A DNA stretch of 64,000 nt from Enoplolaimus lenunculus (Eukaryota), in NCBI GenBank assembly GCA_030248215.1, contig JASANG010001649.1:372001-436000 (forward strand), given 5' to 3'. Shown here in pieces: positions 28,705-40,435 of this stretch (within the stretch, counting starts at the first letter, position 1; the number at the start of each line of letters is the position of its first letter). The notes beneath the pieces were generated by a model. The model searched no databases, was not told the DNA's origin, and saw only the letters and a program-made list of their open reading frames with translations. The position numbers were made by a program, and so were the translations under genes.

Positions 28705-28867
28705 CGCGCCCGTAGCCAAGGGGGCCAGTGAGGCTCAGCCCCCTCCCCTAGACAAATTTTGCTCTCTCGAAAATTTTCAACCTTGTTTTTAAATCATTGA
28801 AAACCCTTGTATGCCACTCCTGATAATCTTTTTGCCCCCCTAGCAAGGTGCGCTGGCTACGGACCTG
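28705..28867. mobile_element. hAT-like MITE, CAGGCCCGTAGCC family, TSD AGTATCGA
   Basis: TIR CGCGCCCGTAGCCA...TGGCTACGGACCTG; perfect 8-bp TSD at 28697-28704 and 28868-28875. Confidence 0.9.
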
Positions 28868-30174
28868 AGTATCGAGGAACCCTAGATAGAATTTCTCTGT
28901 TTCTGTTCTAAGAGTCGTGCTAAACGCCTCCCGAGAACTGAGAGAGAACTACAGTACGTAACTTTTCACTTTTCTACTATAAACGTTCATTGATGGCCGT
29001 GGTTATTACACCCCGTTGTCCACTATTCAGCTATGGTTTAGGAAAAAGCAACGGTTTGTCAAGCGTGAAATGATATACGTCAACTAATTTGAGTCCCAGT
29101 AGTTCTGTGTAAGTTCTGAAAAATGCGTTTATTTGTGTATTCTGATCACGCGGAATTGTTCAAAAAAGTTTCGTGCACTGCTTAATTCAAAATCGTTGAC
29201 CGGAAACACTTAAACCGCGAGTATTCGGTGTCCGGCCATCCTGGTGTCCTGCAGCAGTAGGTTGGTGTGAAATATATACATTGACTAGTAGGCACGCCCG
29301 TAGCCAGCTTACGATGCTAGAGGGGCAAAAAAAATTTCAGGACGGGCATACAAAGGTTTTCAACGACTTACAAACACGGTTGAAACTTTTCAAGGGGGCC
29401 CAAAATGAGCCGCCCCTAGCCGCCTGTAAAAGTTCTTTTCTAGCAAAGAAAATGAGAAAACTAGCTTTGTCGCGCAATAGATCGCGAAGGAGTCTTAAAA
29501 GTACAACATACATGCTAAAGATGAAATTCACCCATGGTTTTGCGTCTCTATTCACGGATTGCATTAGTGAAACATATTTGCAACTTTTATTTCATAATAC
29601 ACAGCATTTTGCAAATTTCACTCATTTTTTCATTTATTGCAAATTGATTAGGTTTTTCTTTGATTTAGAACGAGAAAAATTAAGAAAAGAAAAAAAATTT
29701 AAACCAGTTGCCAACTTTGAAGGTAAGACTATAATTTTTTGTGTATAACGAAAACCTATTCAATCTAGATTTCCTGATAGTTTAATTTCAAATTTAAACA
29801 AGTAATTTTTATACAATCGTGTTGTCCAGAGTCGCAACAACGGTCCCAAAAGGTGGGCACATCGCTGCTGTGTCTTCTACAACCAATAAATTCTTTTCCA
29901 ATTTTTACTCAATGTACCTAAAATTGTTTAGAGAACCCTAAGAGGAGAGGGAGTTCAACAGTACCTCATACACATATCTACCGGCTGTAATGCCTATCAT
30001 GATTTAGCAATCAGTAGTCAAACAAACGTGCCACGACAGCTGCGATTTTAAAGTTGCTGACCAAAATCGCAGGACTCTGAATTTTGCATATACTTGATCA
30101 GCAGCTAGAAGATGTACAATTATCTACCAATACGTGCTGTATTTAGTTCAAAATTGGATCATGAGTTAGGAACA

Positions 30175-30401
30175 AGGGCCCATATTCTCAAATGAATAAA
30201 GCACCTATCACCAGTTAGTAATTGGTTTTCAAACGAACGAACTGGTGCAATTGCAGATTTCAAAATTAATGCGCAGACGTAAAATATTAAATCGAATGCA
30301 ATAAATGTGCTGAATTTAAAACTCACCATTCCCTGGTTCGACGGTTACAAGACATATCACCAAATAGTTATAGGTGCTACCCACATTTGAGAATACGGGC
30401 T
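30175..30401. mobile_element. Fold-back MITE (GGGCCCATATTCTCAAAT family)
   Basis: GGGCCCATATTCTCAAATGAATAAAGCACCTAT ... ATAGGTGCTACCCACATTTGAGAATACGGGC. Confidence 0.8.
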
Positions 30402-31421
30402 AACTTGCCAAACAAACGTTCCGCGACATCTACGATTTTGAAGTTGAGGGCCAAAGTTGCATGACAAGTTGTCAAAATGTTCTAAAATCTGAACCTCACA
30501 TATCCGGGGTCGACAGCATGAACATCTATAACCAACTATAAATATATGTGCTGTGTTTACTTAAAAATTGCAGCCCTAAATTCAACACTTACATCAAATA
30601 TAAAGCAAACGGAGAACCTTGGGCTATAACCAGTTAAAGACGCTCTATTCAGTCTTAGACGGGCATACACGACTTGGTCCGCAGACCACCAGACAGAGTG
30701 GACAATGTAAGAAAATCATACGGAAACTCTCAGCGGTATTCGTGTGCCAGACTACAAATGAGGTTGCAAGCCTTGTATCGGTATCTCGGCGCGTGTACAA
30801 GTTGGAACAGGGGGTATATATCTGTGAACGAAATTTCTGAAGAGAACCGAAAAATATTGTTTTACATGCTTTAGAGTTACTTCCAGAGTTGTACAGTTTA
30901 AAAAGTTTACTCGCTCGCTCGCAAAAGGTTCAGGGAAACTTTAAATCAGGTTAGGACCGCTGCAAACAGGGAGGTTCGCAGGGAACTATATTTTAGGGGC
31001 ACCGTAAAATTTTGATAGCCCCTACAAATGCAATTAAAGATTGTTTACTTTTAGACCATGTTTATTTGGGGGGCGCCGCCAGCGAAAGTTGTGGGGCCAC
31101 GGCCCCTCAATGTCCCCCGTTGGGATGATCTTCCTTCCAAATTGAATCATAGCTACGCCGCTCGTGGTTATAGTAGGAAATATGCGGTACCAGACAAATA
31201 TCATATGGCTTTCTGGCTGTATGGACCTTTAGCCGACGTTCTAGAAATTGTCTGGCTTGAAGATTCAACGGTTCTTGAAGAGCGAGTTAATTGTAACCAG
31301 CGAGGATCTTGTGTGAAAGTGATAATTTTTTCGTTGGTTGAATGCTGGTCTGGCAATCAAGTGTAAATATGGTTTGAGTAGTATGTTTGTTTACTAGTAT
31401 CAAAAGTAAATAATCATGAAC

Positions 31422-31571
31422 ACAAGACTGCGCAACTGGGTAAATTCTGTGTACAAACGAATACACATCGCACGTTGAGTTTTTGGCTCACTTACCATTA
31501 ACGGGAAAGTACTACATGTGCTATATACTCTTTTGTACACAGACTGTGCCCAGTTGCGTACATACTCTTGT
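31422..31571. repeat. Imperfect inverted repeat (~55-bp arms)
   Basis: CGCAACTGGGTAAATTCTGTGTACAAACGAATA pairs with TACTCTTTTGTACACAGACTGTGCCCAGTTGCG. Confidence 0.8.
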
Positions 31572-33340
31572 AGTGGCAAAAACTCGTGTGCTAGAAGCCA
31601 AACATCATTTTAGTGCTAAACGCTAATACAAAATTTTTGTTTTGATCCGTGTTGTGGGGCTGCAGGCCGGATTGCCCCTGTCTGCGATGCACCATTGGCT
31701 CATTGGAATCAACTGAATGTCTTCAAGAAAGTATCATTCAAATTCGTCTGAGCCCCCAAGTTAACAACGGTACAATAACTCCAGAATTTCATAATAACCA
31801 TTCAGCTTTACTTGTTTGAGGACACCCATGCATAATACAAACGCTTTCCTTATCAGTTCTTCATAAATAAATATCAAATTCCGGTACTATCTCAACCAAG
31901 TAAAGGCTACGGTATAAATTGTGACCAAAGAAATCTTGATGAAAGCAATAAATCGAGTTATCTCAATGAACCACAGAAAAAGTTTTGCGACGACATTTCA
32001 AAGCACTTGAGTGCAAGTAGTGACCATTCCGATCATTTCTATATTGACGACGGACAAACCCTTGAATATTTCTTTTGATTTTAGACCAGAAAAGTCTCTG
32101 ATACGGTTCTGGAGCAAGTGACTACACTATCCGACGTGAAGCTTTGAGCAATACACGTTGAATGGACACTAAGAAAATGCCGCTTATAAGCGAAGAATAA
32201 AGTAGGGAAGGACGTATACAACCGGGCATCTACGTCATAAAGAGATAGATTTAGCTTCTCAAATTTCTAGCGAGGTGAGAAAAACATTTTGCAGGCTTAA
32301 ATCTGCTGCGGTGTATACTAGAGGGCAAAAATTTTCGTCGCTCGCTTAGCTCATTCGTATTACGAAACTTTTAAGTAAAAAATTCTGGCTACGCGACGCC
32401 TTGAGGATCTAACATGATGCATCCTACGAGTTTCGTCACTCATCACTCTGAACTCATGAAATATATATGTATATTGACTTCTTTATTATTGGACAATTCT
32501 TACTCTAAACGTTCTGGCTATGCCCTACACTTAAAATTGTCCACATTCATAATGAATACTTTACTTGAATATAGACAATTATGTAGCAATGCATCTTCAA
32601 AAGGCCTGTAAACCATTCGCACAATACCTGACTCTTGCGAACCTGAAAATACTCATTTCGTGTCCGAAACTGGCTCCGTGAATTGTTCCGTGGAAGTCGA
32701 AATTTTTTAGCAATCGCCTCAAATCCTGGGTCGCCTAAACAGGCTAGGAGTCGTAGTTCTACAAGACCACAAGCCAATTTAAATTTCGCTCATAAGCTGC
32801 AGTTAGTTTAACAACCTGTTGACAGAGCCACTGCTCGTCTTCTAAATTCCTATTTATGCTCAAATCAGTTTAGTTTATTATAACGCGGTTAACTCAAATT
32901 CACACGTGTAAGCTAAACCTAGACAATGCATGACTGCTAGGTAATAGGACTCAAACAGTGCGTATTGCTTGTAGCCATGGCAATAGAAATGCATTATTTA
33001 TCTTGATTAACGTTAAAATTAGTACCTTCAACTGCTACGTACAAGTGTATAAAATTGTTGATAGCTTTCGGATAGGGCTGACAAAAGAACCTACGTGTTA
33101 CGGGTATAAAAAGTGGTAAAGCTAATACGTGTACGTTTCTAGCATAGGCTCGGGTTTTGTCGAACTAGAATTGAGGTAGAACCTAGGGTGCGAATAAAAC
33201 TTTGGATTTGGCGTCAGGTTCGGTTAAATTGAATGTTTTGAATCGGATTTGGCAAAGTATATCTACAATGAGTACCGAATCGGTTGAGTCGGCGGTTTGA
33301 TGACGCTATGGCTTGAAGCAGATGTAAACGCTTAAATTCA

Positions 33341-33563
33341 GAGATCGTATTCTTAAATGTGTGTAGCACCTATCACTATTCGGTGATAAGTCCTGTAACT
33401 TCGGAACCAGCGTATAGTGAGGTTCGAAATTCAGCGCGTTGTTCGCGTTTGCCTTGCCCTACTTCTGTGCCAATTTTGAGATCTGTACTTGTAAATGTTC
33501 GTCCGTTTCAAAACCTATCGGTAACTGATGATACGTGTTATACGCATTTGAGAATATGGGCCC
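33341..33563. mobile_element. Fold-back MITE (GGGCCCATATTCTCAAAT family)
   Basis: CGTATTCTTAAATGTGTGTAGCACCTATCA ... TGATACGTGTTATACGCATTTGAGAATATGGGCCC. Confidence 0.8.
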
Positions 33564-34715
33564 AGGATTAGGTTTAGGTTTAGATTCTTTCAGCTTGGCC
33601 TTTAGGTTGATGAAATAAAATAAATTGTTTAATACTGAGTTGTCACCTGCAGGTGTGTTTTGAGCTTTGTTTGGAGATTAAACCTTCGACAAACGAGTGA
33701 TATATTTTATAAAATCACGATACCCTTTTTGAAATCTTTGGTCAGTTTTTGCCAATATTTTATAGTAACTTTTAAAATATGGCTTATGAGCATCTGCTTA
33801 CCAAGATACGAACGGTTTGGTACTGATACAATAACGGTCATTTATAAGTAAACTTTTAAATAGAAAAATTTCACGGTTTAAAAATCATCCGATGCATAGA
33901 ACAGGAACATATACAGTAGTGTAAGTAAATTCGTTAGCCTAAGCTTAAGCCCTAGGCTAAGGATAATCCAGTACCGACGCCTGAGTTTAACTTTAAGCCC
34001 AACAAGCCTAAGCAAAAAAATTAGTCTAAAACATAAACTTTTCGCCCCCAAATATTGACATGGGCATTCTGTCAATATATGTACTATTTGGCAGTTACGA
34101 AATATTTGGTAGTTGTATATTAACGAAAACTGGCACCAGGTTTTTACACAAACGGATATCCGGTTACATCCAGCTCGATTGATGCTACATACAGCATTAA
34201 ATAGCTGTTCAGAATATCAATTCAAGTTGAAAATAGCCGTAAATTATGCGCTTTGTCGTTCCAAAAATCTCAGTCCTAGTTTGTGTTATAATATTAACAA
34301 CACGTACTGATTTGTCCATAACTTGTAAACGCTACATTCAAAGCTACTTTTATAGAATCAAACTAAACACACGGACAATACTTAAACGTTTTAGGCCCAA
34401 CAATCAATGTGTGACTAACCAACCTATCTAAAATTGAAACTAGACTGGACTAAAGCTTGGTTTAGCATATAGACTACTACAATTGCACGCTTGTGGAGAG
34501 TATTTGGTGTGTTTACCTAAGGTTTTCTATCATTTGCTGACGCATAATTAAAGGTTTTGCGTTTTGTTGGGCTGAACGCAATTTATTTTGAATAGCAAAC
34601 GTTGAAATACATGGACACAGTTGCCGAAGACGAGATGGCGAACCTGCGATAAATTTTTTAGAGCTGAGTTAAGTTTCGTCGGAGTTAATCCGATCGACTT
34701 TATCCGACCTTGGTA

Positions 34716-34901
34716 AGGGAGGCGCTATACTTTTGATGACGTCCGGCGCAGTCCGTCACTATCCGGAGCGGTCCGAAGTCGTCCGGTGCGATCCGTCTGC
34801 GTGAGATATTGTACGCGAATTACTCACATACGATAGCGTATGGTGACGGACATAGACGCACTTTACCGGATGACGCCGAACGACAAGTATAGCACCGCCC
34901 T
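34716..34901. mobile_element. GC-rich fold-back MITE (AGGG..GCGCTATACTT TIR family)
   Basis: AGGGAGGCGCTATACTT...AAGTATAGCACCGCCCT; related copies at ~37710-37890 and 57483-57661. Confidence 0.75.
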
Positions 34902-37900
34902 ATCTATGGCTGCTCTAAGTATCGGTAGGCTACCGCAATTGCGTACAATTTATGTTTACCTATTTAGCTGTATTTGAACGGGCTTTATTTTATAGAAAAC
35001 AAAGGATCAAACACAGGTTTATATTGACCTGTTGAAGGCTGGAAGCATATCCTAAAAACAATTTTTCATCCAATGACATTTTGTGGTAACAAAAACAATC
35101 TGGCCTACAACCTGCAGCCGAACCGTGGAATGTACTGGAGGTCACTGAGTTTCTCAAAGGTTTAACAGGAATAAGGATTATGAAACAATTATAATAGAAG
35201 CAGAAGCGTCGAAGCCACGTACAATACGACTGTCTTTTCAGTTATTACACTCAGCCGGCGGTTGCTCAAAAATTAAAGATATAAGAAGAGTTTTAACAAG
35301 TTATTGGCCTGAGTAAAGGAATAAATTCCTTGGTATTTCTTTAACGAGACTCATGGTAGAGAAAAATAAGCTTTGCAGGCATTGAAGCATAAAGCAATCA
35401 ATAATTACACTGGTTTCATGTTTTCGTACTTTTAAGATTAGGTTTACTATTGTGCTTGCTCCAGGCAATCGCCTGATGGAATTCATGAATCAAAAATGCA
35501 GCGTAGACACCCTATAGTTTAAGCATACTGGCGGATTCAAGGCGGGTCAATCAGGCCTAGGCCCTGCAACAGGTATCAAAACGAAAATTTTGTATCAACA
35601 CTGGGTACTATAATTGCGCTTTACTTTTCGCTCGTTTGGCAAGTCAGGTTTATACTTTTATTTATCTCGCGATCTATCAGAACTTTTTGGATCCGCCATT
35701 GTGTACACGTGCGAACGTGTGAAAGCAAAAGTAGTAGCTGGCAATTTTCTTTTAATCGCATCATTTCAGAAGTAATTTGGTGGTTGAAATGCAGGTAAAT
35801 CTATGCCAAATGTAGATTATAATAGCACATTATACAATAAAAGCAGGGTTGAAACCGGCCTGCGCCACGGCCGGACAGTGCCCAAATGTTGGGCCCGCGG
35901 GCCTAAGCGTACCGGACCTGGGCTTGGGCCGGAAATTTCGGCCCGCGAGCCGAAATAAATCGGAGCAGTGTATGACTTCTTTTTTCCTATGAGTCCATAA
36001 ACTGGACCCTTGGTTTGATATTGTAATAAAAACATTTAGATATATACGTATGTTTGAACCTTAATTCCTTTCAATTTTCATAAATAGATACTGCGGTCTC
36101 ATTTTTAGAAATAAATACTGGCGGTCGTGGCGTAACAAAGATTTTGAAAAAGTAGGGTTACGTTCTGTAAAAATTTCGAAGGAAACTTAGCGGCAGACTG
36201 GTAGCCAGATCGATGACCAGGGTGCTCTACCCCCTAGACGAATTATTACCGCTCTAGAAAATTTTCAATTTTGCTTGCAAGTCATCAGAAACCACTGGTA
36301 TGCCCCTCCTAAAAATTGTAGCCCCCTTAGCTTATAGGAGCATTTACATTTGGAGATAGCGAGACTGTGGTACTTAGAGGCCCGAAGATTTAGACTAAGC
36401 CTTAGGTTTAGCCTTACGCTTAAAATCAGACTATGTTTAGGTGCACGCTTAAGCTTATGGTTTATCTCAGTTTAGTTGGCATTTACAAATAATTAATATG
36501 GATTGAAAATCAAAAGGTGGTGCATAGAATTTTCGCACCAAAAGGCATATCATAATGGAGACCAGGACGACCGTATTCTATGGGCCCACGTCTCCGAGGC
36601 GCCTGTAGTGATGGAACGTATTAGTACGAGACGGTTGAAGCCAGTAGACCTTGTCATAATCTATGCCTAAGTATTTTGCCGCGTCGCTGTTTTATAACAA
36701 AAAAATGTTACCGTTTATGAACGTATCAAATGAAACAATCACATTTGAATCTGTAAATAAAAAGACAATTTTCTCATATTGTAGAAGCCTGAGGGACGAA
36801 TCAACTTCAGACAAGGTGACCTCATCATCAACCTTGTCTACTGCCCAAAAATAGTTAGCTGCTCACCACCACCTTTATGCAAATTAGGCTTTAGTGTCGT
36901 TCAAAACTATCCACCGAGGTCCTTATACAAAGGAGTTATTTTTTATAAATGATGAGTTTACAACTTATAATTGAGGTCGGGTGTGGAATGTAGTGGTTGA
37001 TCGTTATTAGAAAAAAGAAATACCAATCCATGTAGAATATCGTTCTGGAACACAGCCAAGCTCGTAGCCAATTCACCTCGCTAGCGGAGGCTGCAAATAT
37101 TTAGGATTGGCATGCATGGGTTTGCGATAAATTTACAGGCAGGTTTAAAACTATGTATGGTTTTCCAGTCAGGAGCTGAGTTCTTATGGCTCCTGTGGAT
37201 AGGGGACATCTATTAGCTACTGAACACTTTTCACCTACATTTAACGTTATGTTTCAGGCTTTAGGCTTATGCTTAGATAATTTTTTTGTAATTCTGGGCA
37301 AGCGTACAAGAACAGAAACTTTTAAATTAAACAAAATCGTTCAACCCGGGCGAGTTAAAGTAGCTGGCTCTTAAATCCTCATATAAAAGACGTCAGGTTA
37401 CGCAAATTTTCCACTCTTCATTGTAAACACAGAATATTGCAAATTTTGAAACGAGACAAAATAAGCAAATAGAAAGTTTTCTAGCGTTTCACACCACAAG
37501 GCGCTTTGAAATTATACGCCAAATGAAAAATGAAAAATACAATATTTTTTGCCCAGAGTACGGAAAGTGAAAATTGAAAAAAACTAGTACCGTTGCGGCT
37601 TTTAAGAAGGGGCCTCTTCAGTTTTCAAGTGAGTTACAGTTTACCGCAGGTGACGTAGAATCGGTGGTTTATGCGCACAAAAAATGAAAACTATATGAGA
37701 TGAACTATTTAGGGGTGCGCTATCCTTTTATTGACAGTTGGAGTCGTCCGCCGCCGTCCGGCGCCGCCTTTCAACGTACGTCATTCGTGCGGTATCGTAC
37801 ATGAATTATATACTCACGTACAAAACCGTATGGTGACGGACGGCGACATACGGCACGCACGGCATGACAAATAAAGTACTGCGCTACAACTACAATTAAG

Positions 37901-39484
37901 CCGCAGATTAAGCATCAAATTTTACTACCATTTTTGCATTTTTTGATTGTTACAAAATCAAACATTTATGTAGTTGATTTTCATCAACATAAAAATTTTC
38001 AGCCAAATGTAACATTTATGGAAACTTTGTAACTACAATTCCGGTCTCAGCCTCCAATACAACTTTGAATAAATTGTCTGTTTAATAGACATTAGCCAGA
38101 AAAAATTACTAAAATCTGCAAACTGCACAAACATAGGGTAACTAGTGCAGTACCTCCCAAACCAAAACCCTTTATACCTCCCGTGTAATTCATATGCAAA
38201 TATATATTTTCGGTTAATACTTTAGGTAATTTCCGGTTTCATATTCGCAAGCGAACTTGAATACTAAATCTACCCTAACCTCAATCCCTAAACATATCCA
38301 AGTCTATTTTATTAATCCAGCCATTCTTTGTCAGAGAATTCTTTGTAAAAGAAAGTAAACAACTTCCAAAGTTAAGATCTCAGCCGTTCCAACTCAAACA
38401 CGTTAGCAATTTTTTTAACATTTTATTTGCCTGTATACCTGTATTATTTTCAAATTTTAGAACTCAGTTAAAAACAAATTCCCAAAATGTTGTGAAACAT
38501 GAAAATTTTACTTAATAAGTTTTGACTACTGCGTTTTAAGGATAATGGTGCTCGTAGCCTGTAGCGGTGACAGATAATACTGCAAAATTCTTTTCCTCAA
38601 ATAATCAGCATTCATTTTCAACAACGGTTCCAGAAATTTCTGACGGGGGCACGACATATTTTACAGCGAAAGAAGGAAAAGAGGATGTGAACGAAGCGAG
38701 ACAGAAGCCAAACGCTATTTTTTAATCAAATCTTAACACAAAGTTTTTGTTGCGATCGTGGCTGGAAGCCAATGGTCTGGTTACCATCGCCCTTGGATCC
38801 GTCAATGTACACGACGAAGATGTTCCAGAACTTTGTGAAAAAATTGCAATTTTCAAAACTCGTTCTCTCACAGTATTCTAAAAGAATGAAAAACTGTTTT
38901 AATGATACTTATTTTCTTTTACTAAATTTTGATCAGTAAAAATCATGACTAATTTTCCTGAATAAAAAAGTATTCAAGTTCACATGGTCATAGAGTTTAC
39001 GACAGTTCCCGTTGAAAATTGTTGCAATTATTGCTAATTTGATGTGTAAATATACGTATAATTGCAGTAGCCTGCCATAATTTTTAACTCCGATCTGCAG
39101 TTGAAAGTGTGACAAGAAAATCCTTAAAAACACATTTGGGACCAAATTTCGTACGAAACGGACAACACTTTTGATCAGCAAACATTCAGAAAATTTAATT
39201 CTTATTGATCCTTAGCTAAACTAAAAGGGCATCTGGTTTATGTATAGCTGAGGGACGCAAGAGTATATAAGCATATTCTTACGCCTAATCCTAAAGATTG
39301 AACATAAGGATAACCATAAATCTAGACGTAAGTTTAAGCTTAAGTGTAAAATTTTTGTTATAAAGCTACGTTTACTCTAATACAATCAGACAGAAAAACA
39401 GTCCACCCGTGAGCTGAGATTAGTTTGCATGTATGGGTTGCATTGCATTAGATGCTATAGCACGGCTAAGAAGTTTTGCTCCCT

Positions 39485-39663
39485 GGGCCCATGTAAAGAT
39501 CAGTGGCGGAACGTTATTCTGGGTCACTGGAATTAGTAGGCTAAAGATTTAGACTAATTGTTTGCTTGTCTTTGCTTAGGCTCAGAAAAGCTCATTGTTA
39601 TGCTTAGGCTTAGGCTTAGGAATATGCTTAACTACTGTTCTGCCCCTGCTCTATACATTGGCC
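39485..39663. mobile_element. MITE with GGCCCATGTAWAGATCAGGGGC-type TIRs and an internal TTAGGC-like tract
   Basis: GGCCCCATGTAAAGATCAGTGGCGGAAC ... GTTCTGCCCCTGCTCTATACATTGGCC, with internal GCTTAGGCTTAGGCTTAGG. Relatives near 10620, 11686, 18840, 33890, 44860 and 47410. Confidence 0.75.
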
Positions 39664-40254
39664 ACTCCCTGAAACCAAAATTTTTTTATAAAATAATGCA
39701 CCGGAGCTGAAAAACTCACGTAGAGCCATCGCGTATTTGTGGTGAAACAATCGACGCTATTTCTGTGATTTTCGCAAAACAATATTTTAAAAATGTAGTA
39801 ATGTGAAAAAAGCAACAAAAATTATTAATTACCAAAAACTAAAGTCAATTCAGCATATCCATAAAAGTGCAAAATCAAGAAACACCCAGACTTCACCTAC
39901 GCTGTATTGAGTGGCTTTACTTCTCAACTAAGCCCTTGGTGTCTGAGAGAACTTACTAGTATGTTTGGTATAATGTGTCAATATAAATCTGTTTTCAAAT
40001 GCCACATTTAACATTACAAACTATATATTAATATAAAATTGACCAATAATTTTCGGCCGGTCACTCCAGAATAACCAATGAGGAGAGATTTATTGCGAAA
40101 GAAAACCAATATTTATGCCACAAGCAAATGTTCCGATTAATGTGGTTAATCGTAGTATGCGTAATGAAATTGCTATAATTTGTGTTAATCCAATGTGTTG
40201 AATATCGCAATGTCAAGAAACGACCATAAAATGGTCCGATTCCGAGGGTAAAGC

Positions 40255-40435
40255 TAGCGGCGGATACAGTAATTTCCAAAGTAGGAGACGAGATATGGAA
40301 AATTAGACGAAAATTATGAGAGAAACGAGCGAGAAGCCGAACACCATTTTAGTGCTAAACCTGAATACAAAAACTTGGCTTTGATCTATGGTATGGTGCC
40401 TTGGCCAGGGGGCGTCCTTCTTGTATCTGCCAGTG
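40255..40435. mobile_element. hAT-like MITE (GCGAGCGAGAAGCC internal family)
   Basis: TIR TAGCGGCGGATACA...TGTATCTGCCAGTG; TSD GGTAAAGC/GGTAAAAC (7/8). The internal motif is shared with copies near 1550, 17270, 31590, 35530, 38630, 46620 and 60091. Confidence 0.75.

Noticed and set aside
29281..29748. 155-aa plus-strand ORF
   Set aside because: Starts at TTG, its first third is a CAGGCCCGTAGCC-family MITE, and no domain is recognisable.
32085..32147. Plus-strand acceptor followed by a short frame (TRKVSDTVLEQVTTLSDVKL*); similar isolated candidates near 19913, 31350 and 36785
   Set aside because: Isolated exon-like fragments with no partner exons or recognisable homology; expected by chance in 49 kb.
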